DNA of 57,434 nucleotides, the filler included, from Candidatus Zhuqueibacterota bacterium (GTDB lineage Bacteria > BS750m-G25), in assembly GCA_016783505.1 (NCBI GenBank). It is 3 parts of 3 records of this genome, joined end to end, with 100 filler letters (N's around TTAATTAATTAA, not from the genome) between each part and the next. Parts side by side here need not be neighbours in the genome. Positions count along the whole stretch, not along the records: positions 1 to 19,402 come from JADHWK010000041.1; 2 more parts are not named here. The stretch is one strand, 5' to 3'. Under the pieces are notes generated by a model, which did not search any database, was not told where the DNA came from, and worked only from the letters and a program-made list of their open reading frames with translations. The position numbers and the translations under genes are program-made. Position 1 is the stretch's first letter. Each line of letters opens with the position of its first letter. Below, piece after piece: positions 9,384 through 17,539 of the stretch.

Positions 9384-9660
9384 AGCTCTTTCGCTCCTTC
9401 TTGTCCATATTACGAGCGCTCAAAATCAGTGCTTCATGGGTCAATTTATGGATGAAGAATACAGTCAAATAGCGTCCAGACTCTGTCTGTCCTAGCGCTC
9501 TGTAAACGTGTTCGCCGCGGAAGCGCCCTCTGCGCATCTTCTTAACTTTGGGCTTGCTAACAAAAACTTCCTCAATCTCCGTCATCGTAACATGGTGTTT
9601 GATTTCGATTTTCTCTATAACATTATCCAGCCAGATGAGGCCAGTAATTTTTATTACCAT
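9370..9660 (-). CDS. brnT: BrnT-family RNase toxin
   Basis: IW..KIEIKHHVT..EIEEVF, YRALGQTESGRYLTVFF, ILSARNMDKKERKSY. Confidence 0.85.
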   Translation of the reverse strand: MVIKITGLIWLDNVIEKIEIKHHVTMTEIEEVFVSKPKVKKMRRGRFRGEHVYRALGQTESGRYLTVFFIHKLTHEALILSARNMDKKERKSYDKK

Positions 9661-9725
9661 TGGTTCCTTTGCATTCTATCACACTTCGCCTTCATCGAAA
9701 AGCTAAAAGATACATAGCGGATGTC

Positions 9726-9782
9726 GCCTAACAAATGAGCTCACCTACGGCAGCTACCGTATTAGTGCAGTGGTGGTTAGGT
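9726..9782 (-). mobile_element. Integron attC recombination site (57 bp)
   Basis: Minus strand: ACCTAAC-CACCA-CTGCAC...TACGG/CCGTA...GGTGAGC-TCATTT-GTTAGGC, giving RYYYAAC...GTTRRRY with an unpaired base in the L box. Confidence 0.7.
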
Positions 9783-9881
9783 TGAGTGGTGTATTCATTC
9801 CTTCTATTACAGATTTACGCATACTTTTTTAATATAATTATTTTTTGATTAATAAGCAAGAACAATTTGGAACCCTAAAAC

Positions 9882-9999
9882 AAAAAAACCAGCATCTTCT
9901 CGGTGCTGGTTTTTGTTGGAGGTAGGTTTCAAAAGTGGTTATTGTTAGTGGGATTTTTATCAGGTGACAATATAAGCAAGATTTTGGAAAAGGCGTTTA
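9882..9999. repeat. ~115 bp direct repeat (terminator plus conserved tail), copy B
   Basis: ACCAGCATCTTCTCGGTGCTGGT...TTTTTATCAGGTGACAATATAAGCAAGATTTTGGAAAAGGCGTTTA. Confidence 0.8.
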
Positions 10000-10089
10000 G
10001 TGTCTTCAGGCTTTGCGAAGTCCGGCAAAGGCCAGATTTTAGGCGAGTGGGGTGAGTTAAAGAGCTCATGCTAAGTGATGTAGCGGCAC

Positions 10090-10225
10090 TTTTAACGTCT
10101 CTGGAGCTAATCTACGCCAAAGGCGTGGTTAGATAGAATTTCAAAACAAGTTCAACTTTTGTTGTCCATCTAACCTTTTTAAAATTACTCAACCATTCGG
10201 CGTCTGTTTGAGCGATGTGTTAGGA
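10090..10225 (-). mobile_element. Integron attC site (~136 bp), degenerate
   Basis: Minus strand: TCCTAAC-ACATC-GCTCAAAC-AGACGCCGAA...TTTGGCGT-AGATTAGC-TCCAGAGAC-GTTAAAA, 50 bp after the stop of the 431-aa gene. Confidence 0.6.
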
Positions 10226-10275
10226 AATAATTTGAATCAATTTATTATCCAAAAAGAATTGATAGAAGATTTTTC

Positions 10276-11571
10276 TTATTTTAAAAACAGCATCTTCCGA
10301 ACTTGTCTTTCATTACCTGCTTGTAAAATATAAAAATATATTCCAGAAGAAACGATTCTTCCGAAATTATCCTTGCCATTCCACATAACAGATTTTAATC
10401 CTGGAGTTTGCACATCATCTACGAGTGTTTTTATTTCTTCTCCTAGTAAATTATGAATTTTTAAAACTACTTTAAAAGTTTTTGGTAAGGTGTATTCTAT
10501 CATAGTAGTAGAATTGGCAGGATTGGGATAATTTTGCCATAATTCAAGTTTCTTCGAAATATTATCATTTGGGATTTTATCTACTGAAAGTACTCCGCCA
10601 TTAATTGTTTTTAAAATAACACCTTGACAACCTACTGCATATCCTATATTTGCATCAGTAAAATAGACTGAACGCAGACTTTCAGTTGTTCCGAAATTTT
10701 GAATAAGCCAATAATTACCGCCATCCGTAGTCTTTATAATCATGCCATTTGATCCAACAGAATAACCTGTGTCCGTGTCTGTAAAATATACTGATTGAAG
10801 ATCATCCAAATCAGTAGAAGTATAAATCGGTATTCCACTCCAATTATTACCACCATTTGTAGTTTTTAGCATTACTCTTCCACCAGTAAAATTATTCCCA
10901 ACGATAAATCCTGTATCTTGGTTTGTGAAATAGACAGAAAGGTAAGTATTAGTTATACTAGGTGGATTAATATTCCAATTATTTCCACCATCTATCGTTT
11001 TCATAATAGTACCGTCCCCGCCAACTGCATAACCTATGCTGTCAATAGGGAAAAAGATAGAACGTAGTTCTCTAGTAGTTCCTGAATTTTGAGCTATCCA
11101 ATTATTACCGGAATCTGTTGTCCTTAAAATTGTACCACCAGAACCAACCACATATCCTGTATCCACATTTACAAAAAATACTGAATATAGTGAACTCGTG
11201 GTCCCTGAATTTTGAAGAATCCAATTATCACCACCATCCGTTGTTTTTAGGATTGTTCCAATACCTCCAACTGCGTATCCTGTATTCTCATCAGTAAAAT
11301 AAACAGACCAAAACAAACCCATTTGTGTTGTTTGAATAATCCAAGTAATGCCACCATTCATTGTCTTTGTAATTATGCCAATCCAAGTTTGGCCATCATG
11401 ATGACCTCCAACCACATAGCCCGTGTCCGCATTAACAAAATGAACAGATAGAAGAGCATTTTCAGTTGGTAAGGGATCTAAATAAAACCAACCGTGCTGT
11501 GCTTTGGTGGCAATGCTTAAAAATAGCGCAAATAAAAATGAAGTGATGACTGTAAAGCAAATATTTTTCAT
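10276..11571 (-). CDS. Secreted YCF48-like / BNR-repeat beta-propeller protein with FlgD-type C-terminal sorting domain
   Basis: Signal peptide; about 7 repeats of L.SV.F.D.NTGYAVG..GTILKTTDGG.NW; tail QNYPNP...SSGIYFY..RKMLFLK; visibly AT-rich. Confidence 0.85.
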   Translation of the reverse strand: MKNICFTVITSFLFALFLSIATKAQHGWFYLDPLPTENALLSVHFVNADTGYVVGGHHDGQTWIGIITKTMNGGITWIIQTTQMGLFWSVYFTDENTGYAVGGIGTILKTTDGGDNWILQNSGTTSSLYSVFFVNVDTGYVVGSGGTILRTTDSGNNWIAQNSGTTRELRSIFFPIDSIGYAVGGDGTIMKTIDGGNNWNINPPSITNTYLSVYFTNQDTGFIVGNNFTGGRVMLKTTNGGNNWSGIPIYTSTDLDDLQSVYFTDTDTGYSVGSNGMIIKTTDGGNYWLIQNFGTTESLRSVYFTDANIGYAVGCQGVILKTINGGVLSVDKIPNDNISKKLELWQNYPNPANSTTMIEYTLPKTFKVVLKIHNLLGEEIKTLVDDVQTPGLKSVMWNGKDNFGRIVSSGIYFYILQAGNERQVRKMLFLK

Positions 11572-11882
11572 AATTAGTCCTTATTTTTTTACTAATTATG
11601 TAGCTTAACTAATAATTATATTGCAGTTAGCAGTATAACACTTAGGAAAATATTATTTCAAGTTGTTATTATTAACATTGGTGTTTCCGCGATTAACAAA
11701 AGCATCTGAAAAATACCTTCAGAGGTTCACTTTCTTCGGAATAATAAGACCACTAAAAAACTCTTGAAAGCCTTCACCGAGCAGAATCTATCAAGGTTTC
11801 ACACCAACAATAGCTTCCATAAGTAAAAAGCCTGTCTGGTTAACTTAAGATAATCACAAAATTTAAGATATAATTCTTTGAT

Positions 11883-11911
11883 AATATACTAAAAAAAGAT
11901 TATTATATCAA
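11883..11911 (-). promoter_or_regulatory. Sigma70-like promoter facing the cassette cluster (Pc-like)
   Basis: Minus strand TTGATA-17 bp-TATATT. Confidence 0.5.
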
Positions 11912-11917
11912 GAGAAT

Positions 11918-11987
11918 AATTCATAAAATTGACTTTTCAATTACCTTTTTTCTATTGCTTATTTGGATATTTTTGCTTATCTTTTTT
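11918..11987 (+). promoter_or_regulatory. Sigma70-like promoter of nagZ, duplicate of 517-586
   Basis: TTGCTT(11955-11960)-17 bp-TATCTT(11978-11983), preceded by the shared AATTCATAAAATTG. Confidence 0.6.
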
Positions 11988-12025
11988 TGGAAAAGTTGAG
12001 GGGAACTAAAAAGAAAGAGGAGAGA

Positions 12026-14905
12026 ATGAAAATCCTTTTGAAGTCCAATTTAATTTTAATAGCTATGAGTGTTACCATGATAACCTGCAGTAAAGGACCA
12101 AGGTCTTTGGCTTTTCAAGACAAAGGGATGGTCAATTCAAAATTAATTGAACGTCTGTTGAACCAAATGAGCCTTGATGAGAAGATCGGCCAGATGATGA
12201 CAGTTCACTTTCACGGCCGCTTCTTCAACTCAGCCGACCCCACCTTTCATAAAAGGATCGAAAAGCAGATCGTCGAAAGCAAGGTGGGTGGATTTATCAT
12301 CTACGGGGGGAACGTCTACGAGACGGCTCACCTGATCAACCGCATGCAGAGGCTCTCCAAACTACCTTTATTGATCGCCTCTGACGTGGAGTGGGGTGCC
12401 GGCCAGCAGATCCGGGGGGCGGTCGTCTTCCCAACCCTCATGGCTATCGGAGCCACGGGGAACGAGGAATATGCCTACTTAGCGGGAAAGATCACCGCCG
12501 AGGAGTGCCGGGCCCTGGGGATTCATCAGGCCTACGCCCCGGTGATGGACGTGAACAATAATCCCGAAAACCCCATCATCAACGTCCGCTCCTTCGGCCA
12601 GACCCCGGAAGGGGTCTCTAAACTGGGCAAGGCCTTCATCCGTGGTCTTCAGGAAAACGGCGTTCTGGCCACTGCCAAGCATTTTCCCGGCCACGGGAAT
12701 ACCAGGCTTGACTCCCATATCGAGATGCCGACGATCTATTCGGATTTAGACAGTCTGAAAAAGGTTGAATTTTACCCCTTTGGTAAAGCTATTCAGGCCG
12801 ATGTGGCCGCAATCATGACTGCCCATATTGCCGTCCCCGCCCTGGACCGTACCCCCAATAGGCCGGCTACCCTTTCACCCAAGGTGATCACCGGGCTGTT
12901 GAGGAAGAAGATGGGGTTTGGGGGGCTGATCATTACCGACTCGATGATGATGGGGGGAATCACCCGGGGCCATGCCGTGGTGAAAGCCACGGTGGGAGCG
13001 GTTAAAGCGGGAACCGACATCATCTTGGTCCCCCCCGACCCAGAGCTGGCCATCCGAGCCTTAGTGGCGGCGGTCAAAAGGGGTGAGATCTCTGAGGAAC
13101 GGATCGATGAGTCGGTGCGGAGGATTCTGGGGGTCAAGGATCGGCTGGGGCTTTTCAAACACCGGCTTGTGGAAATTGACCCTCTACCCGGTGCCATCGG
13201 CAGCCCGGAGAACTGGGGTGTAGCCCGAAGGATCGCCGAGGGCGCTGTAACCCTGGTAAAAAATGGGGAAAGCCTCATGCCCCTGACCCTGCCCGATTCA
13301 GTCCGGGTACTATGTTTGACCCTGAACTCCGACCCCCGAAGGACCACCCTGGGGGCCCCCTTCCGGAAAGCGCTCCAGGCCCGTGTTGATTCGGTAAAGC
13401 TGGCAATAATTGACGACAGAACGGATGAGGAGGAATTCGGGGGGTTGCTGGATTTTGCAAAGGGGATGGACGCCATCATCGCTGGGGCTTTTGTGGAGGT
13501 GCGGGCCTACAAGGGAACAGTGGCCATGGAGGAGAAACAGGCCCAATTTGTGGAACGATTGTTGAATCTGGGGAAACCCTTCATCCTGGCATCCTTCGGT
13601 AGCCCTTATCTGATCCGACAATTTCCGGATGTGCCTGTCTATCTGTGCAGCTACAGCAAGGACGAATGGTCCCAGATAGCGGCGGTGGAAGCCATCTTCG
13701 GTGAGATCGAGGTTAATGGAAAGCTGCCCGTCTCTATTCCCGGTTACTTTCCCCTGGGGCATGGCATCCATCTGCCCAAAACTGAAAGGCTGGCCTTCTT
13801 TCCTGTGTTGAGGGAGGTTGAACCCAAAAGGGCGAAATTTTCCCCGGCAAGATTGGATTCTTTAGTAAAGGTGGTCGAAGAAGCCATTACAGATACTGCT
13901 TTTCCGGGAGCGGCCTTACTGTTGGCCCGGTCCGGAAAGGTTGTTTTCAACCGGGGATTCGGGCATTTTAGGTATGATCCTGCATCACCACCAGTAATCC
14001 CAAATACAATGTTTGACTTGGCCTCGGTGACCAAGGTGGCAGCCACTACTACGGCAATCATGATCCTCTACGACCGGGGAATGTTAGACCTGGACCACCG
14101 GGTCGCCGATTACCTGCTCGAATTCGGTCAGCAGGGGAAAGAGCGCATTACCATCCGACACATTCTGACCCACACCTCTGGGCTTACGGCCTGGGTCCCC
14201 CTGTTTGATTCCTGTAAAGGGAAGGATGAAGTCAAAGAAAAAATTTTCGGAATGGAACTGGAATATAGGACCGGGAAAAAGACCATCTACAGCGACCTGG
14301 GGATGATCACCATAGGATTGGTGATCGAAAAGATCAGCGGAATGCCCCTGGATCAGTTCTGCCGGGAGGAAATCTACGAACCGTTGGGGATGACGCATAC
14401 CATGTTTAATCCCCCGAAGGAATTATGGGATCAGATCGCTCCCACGGAGGATTCCCCCCAATGGGGCCGGGTGATGCAGGGGGAGGTTCACGACCAGAAC
14501 GCCTACGTCATGGGGGGTGTGGCCGGGCACGCCGGGCTATTCAGCACGGCCGGGGATATGGCCATCTTGTTACAGATGATCTTAAACGGCGGGTATTACA
14601 ACGGCAGGCGCTTCTTCAGCCCGGAGACGGTAGAGCTTTTTACGGAACGGGCTAATTTGGTAGAGGAATCCAGCCGGGCGCTGGGCTGGGATACCCGTTC
14701 GGAACCGGCCTCTACCGGGGCCTATTTTACCGACGAAACCTTCGGCCATCTGGGGTTCACGGGGACCTCTGTCTGGGTTGATCCCGAAAGGCAACTTTTA
14801 GTGGTTTTGCTGACGAACCGGGTCTACCCCAGCCGGGAGAACATCAAGATTCGACAGGTGAGACCGAGGGTGCATGATGCGGTGATGGGGGCTCTATTGA
14901 AATGA
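12026..14905 (+). CDS. nagZ: GH3 beta-N-acetylglucosaminidase fused to an AmiE-like serine hydrolase (beta-lactamase fold); probable lipoprotein
   Basis: GH3 motifs APVMDVNNNPENPIINVRSF, KHFPGHG..DSH, IITDS; C-terminal FDLASVTK (SxxK), LTHTSGL, YSD, GHAGLFS, GHLGFTG; ATG 12026 follows GAGGAG. Confidence 0.92.
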   Translation: MKILLKSNLILIAMSVTMITCSKGPRSLAFQDKGMVNSKLIERLLNQMSLDEKIGQMMTVHFHGRFFNSADPTFHKRIEKQIVESKVGGFIIYGGNVYETAHLINRMQRLSKLPLLIASDVEWGAGQQIRGAVVFPTLMAIGATGNEEYAYLAGKITAEECRALGIHQAYAPVMDVNNNPENPIINVRSFGQTPEGVSKLGKAFIRGLQENGVLATAKHFPGHGNTRLDSHIEMPTIYSDLDSLKKVEFYPFGKAIQADVAAIMTAHIAVPALDRTPNRPATLSPKVITGLLRKKMGFGGLIITDSMMMGGITRGHAVVKATVGAVKAGTDIILVPPDPELAIRALVAAVKRGEISEERIDESVRRILGVKDRLGLFKHRLVEIDPLPGAIGSPENWGVARRIAEGAVTLVKNGESLMPLTLPDSVRVLCLTLNSDPRRTTLGAPFRKALQARVDSVKLAIIDDRTDEEEFGGLLDFAKGMDAIIAGAFVEVRAYKGTVAMEEKQAQFVERLLNLGKPFILASFGSPYLIRQFPDVPVYLCSYSKDEWSQIAAVEAIFGEIEVNGKLPVSIPGYFPLGHGIHLPKTERLAFFPVLREVEPKRAKFSPARLDSLVKVVEEAITDTAFPGAALLLARSGKVVFNRGFGHFRYDPASPPVIPNTMFDLASVTKVAATTTAIMILYDRGMLDLDHRVADYLLEFGQQGKERITIRHILTHTSGLTAWVPLFDSCKGKDEVKEKIFGMELEYRTGKKTIYSDLGMITIGLVIEKISGMPLDQFCREEIYEPLGMTHTMFNPPKELWDQIAPTEDSPQWGRVMQGEVHDQNAYVMGGVAGHAGLFSTAGDMAILLQMILNGGYYNGRRFFSPETVELFTERANLVEESSRALGWDTRSEPASTGAYFTDETFGHLGFTGTSVWVDPERQLLVVLLTNRVYPSRENIKIRQVRPRVHDAVMGALLK

Positions 14906-15162
14906 GTTAAAAGTTAGAAGTGAAAAGTTAAAAGTTAAAAAAATCATCAAGGGTTGCAATCTAAGCTCCCGGTGGATGTTGCCTGCCCGCCAAAGATTGG
15001 CAGGCGGGTCATCCACCGTAATCCCCCGCTCCTTATGGATATTGTCTGTTCCCCAATGTTTTAATGGGTCACCATTTTTTCGGGGAAGACAACTTCCCCG
15101 GCGAGCATTGAAAACTGTTTTTTTTATAAACTATGCTCCCGGCGGATGTTATCATCCGCCGG
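14905..15162. repeat. Heptamer tandem array plus three REP palindromes left of RAYT
   Basis: (GTTAAAA)n at 14906-14940; REPs at 14965-15018, 15081-15106 (inverted) and 15135-15162. Confidence 0.8.
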
Positions 15163-15188
15163 AATATCCTGTATAATAAGGACGCAGC

Positions 15189-15743
15189 TTGGGAACCTAT
15201 GCAAAAAAATTTCAAGATTCTGGACTTCTTTTTATTACGAATACAGTACTAAATTGGAATAACCTCTTTCTTGATCGTATCTGTACTGAAATCGTTATGA
15301 AGAGCTTGCTTTGTTGCATTGAGCAGCAATGGATCAACCTTTTTTGCTATGTTTTAATGCCTAACCACTACCATGTGATTGTCCGTATGCTTGACGGTCA
15401 CAAGGTTGAGAATTTCCTTCGGGATTTTCATAAATTCACATCACAAAAGATTCTGTTCTATTTGAAAGACACAAGATCGAATTTGCTTTCCCAGTTTTAT
15501 GTCGAGGTTAAAAAACAGCGGTATAAGATTTGGATGAGGGATGTTGACATTAAGAACGTAATTACCCCTCAGTTTCTTTTGCAAAAGGCCGAATACATTC
15601 ACAATAACCCTTTGTCTGAGAAATGGAGGAGGATTTTGAGGGTAGAGAATCCATGGGATTACCCCTATTCCAGCGCAACTTTTTATTTAAAGGGACAAAA
15701 TGATCCTTTTATTCCTTTGGCTGATTTTCGGGAATTAGTTTGA
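15189..15743 (+). mobile_element. REP-associated tyrosine transposase (RAYT, HUH Y1 family)
   Basis: FITNT, YVLMPNHYH (HUH), LRDFHKFTS, YIHNNP, DYPYSSA; flanked by REPs. Confidence 0.9.
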
Positions 15744-15760
15744 GGGGATAAAGAGTTGGC

Positions 15761-15915
15761 GTCGGGGAAGACAACTTCCCCGACGAGCTGTTAGCGGAAA
15801 ATGATTTCTTCCTTTTTCTAAGCTCCCGGCGGATGTTGTCATCCGTCGGGGATAATAGTCGAGGATGACAACATCCTAGACGAGCATATGACATTTAAGT
15901 TTTCACTTTTAACTT
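15761..15915. repeat. Three REP palindromes plus inverted heptamer array right of RAYT
   Basis: GTCGGGGAAGACAACTTCCCCGACGAGC, GCTCCCGGCGGATGTTGTCATCCGTCGG, GTCGAGGATGACAACATCCTAGACGAGC, then TTTTCAC TTTTAAC. Confidence 0.8.
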
Positions 15916-15921
15916 AGTCAC

Positions 15922-17361
15922 ATGGGTTTTACCGACCTCGATTATTTCATCCTGATCTTCTATCTGATCGGGGTGTCCTTATTTGGCCTCTGGATCGGTA
16001 GGAAGCAACGGGACACAAAGGATTACTTTCTGGGGGGGAGAAATCTTCCCTGGCTGGCGGTGGCCTTCTCTGTAGTGGCTACCGAGACCAGCGTCCTTAC
16101 CTTCATCAGCATTCCCGGCTTGGCTTATCTCACCAATCTAAATTTCCTGCAGATTACCTTTGGCTATCTAATCGGTCGCATCATCGTCTCTTTCGTCTTC
16201 ATCCCCGCCTACTATAGGGGTGAACTTTCCACCGCCTATGAGTTTTTAGGTCAGCGGTTCGGCCCCAGACTCCGGAATTTTTCCTCCGGGGTCTTTCTGG
16301 TCACCCGACTTTTAGCAGACGGGGTGCGGCTTTTTGCTACCGCCATTCCCCTGTCCGTCCTCACCGGCTGGTCCTATCCGTCCGCCATTGCCGTCATCGG
16401 GATCGTTACCATTATTTATACCTTCACCGGTGGCATCAGGGCGGTGGTGTGGATGGACGTGGTGCAGATGACCATCTATCTCGGCGGGGCATTGCTTTCA
16501 GTTGGGGTGATCTTAGCCTCCCTTCCCGGGGGGTGGGGGGATGTGGTCGCTTCGGCCCTGCCGGATCAGAAGTTTCAGGTACTCAGCCTGGGCTTCGGTC
16601 AGGGATTGGGGGGATTTTTCAAGATCAATTACACGTTGATCACCGGATTGCTCGGCGGCGCTTTTCTCTCCATGGCCTCTCACGGCACCGATCAACTGAT
16701 CGTTCAACGGCTTCTCACCTGCCGCTCCCAGCGGGAAAGCCAGCGGGCCCTGATCGCCAGCGGGGTGCTGGTCATCATCCAATTTGCCCTGTTTCTGATC
16801 ATCGGGCTTATGCTCTACGCCTTTTATCAGGGTGCGGCATTAAGGTCCGATGAGATCTTCCCCAGATTTATTGTGAACCACCTCCCCCCGGGAATCTCGG
16901 GACTGGTCATCGCCGCCGTGTTCGCCGCCGCTATGTCCACATTAAGCTCCTCGTTGAATTCCTTAGCCTCATCCACTATGCTGGATCTTTATAAGCCCCG
17001 TTACGGCCGGGATAATTCCCCTTCAAAGGACCTGTGGATTTCCCGGGTAATCACCCTGTTCTGGGGTCTGGTGCTGATCGGGGGGGCAATGTTGTTTAAG
17101 AGCAGAGAAAACCCGGTGGTCGAACTGGGGCTGACCATTGCCTCGTTTACTTACGGAGGACTGTTAGGGGCGTTCTTTCTGGGGGTGCTATCGAAAAAGG
17201 TTTCCGAGACAGCAGCCATTGTCGGGATGGCGGCGGGAATAGGGGTGATGATTTTCGTCATCGGTTTTACCCCCATCGCTTGGCCCTGGTATGTGGGGAT
17301 TGGGTGTTCGATAACCCTTTTGGTGGGATTTCTTTTTAACAAGGTTCTTTCAAGGTTTTAA
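15922..17361 (+). CDS. Sodium:solute symporter (SSS family), probable amino-sugar importer
   Basis: DYFLGGRNLPW, SVVATETS, TAYEFLGQRFG, GGIRAVVWMDVVQ, DQLIVQRLL, AAAMSTLSSSLNS. Confidence 0.9.
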   Translation: MGFTDLDYFILIFYLIGVSLFGLWIGRKQRDTKDYFLGGRNLPWLAVAFSVVATETSVLTFISIPGLAYLTNLNFLQITFGYLIGRIIVSFVFIPAYYRGELSTAYEFLGQRFGPRLRNFSSGVFLVTRLLADGVRLFATAIPLSVLTGWSYPSAIAVIGIVTIIYTFTGGIRAVVWMDVVQMTIYLGGALLSVGVILASLPGGWGDVVASALPDQKFQVLSLGFGQGLGGFFKINYTLITGLLGGAFLSMASHGTDQLIVQRLLTCRSQRESQRALIASGVLVIIQFALFLIIGLMLYAFYQGAALRSDEIFPRFIVNHLPPGISGLVIAAVFAAAMSTLSSSLNSLASSTMLDLYKPRYGRDNSPSKDLWISRVITLFWGLVLIGGAMLFKSRENPVVELGLTIASFTYGGLLGAFFLGVLSKKVSETAAIVGMAAGIGVMIFVIGFTPIAWPWYVGIGCSITLLVGFLFNKVLSRF

Positions 17362-17539
17362 TCTGGGAGATTCAAGAATCCTCAAGGTTAAGGGTGCATA
17401 ACCTAAAGGTGGTTCTCTGTCTCAAGGTTCAACCTTGAGACAGCAAATCATTCGAAATTGCAATTGCAAATTATTTATATAAAATTAAGGAATTAGCGTG
17501 TAGATGCATCCCGAATACTCGGGATGCACTTCGGTTGAA

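Noticed and set aside
8974-9999. CRISPR array
   Set aside because: Only two or three long, irregularly spaced repeats, no constant spacers and no cas genes
10276-11571. Photosystem II assembly factor YCF48 implying phototrophy
   Set aside because: A generic beta-propeller repeat with a secretion tail; no photosynthesis genes nearby
11610-11880. Integron integrase remnant
   Set aside because: The frames I translated have stops and no tyrosine-recombinase motifs
13800-14905. Beta-lactam resistance gene
   Set aside because: The SxxK domain is fused to NagZ in a recycling locus; an AmiE-like amidase/esterase is more parsimonious
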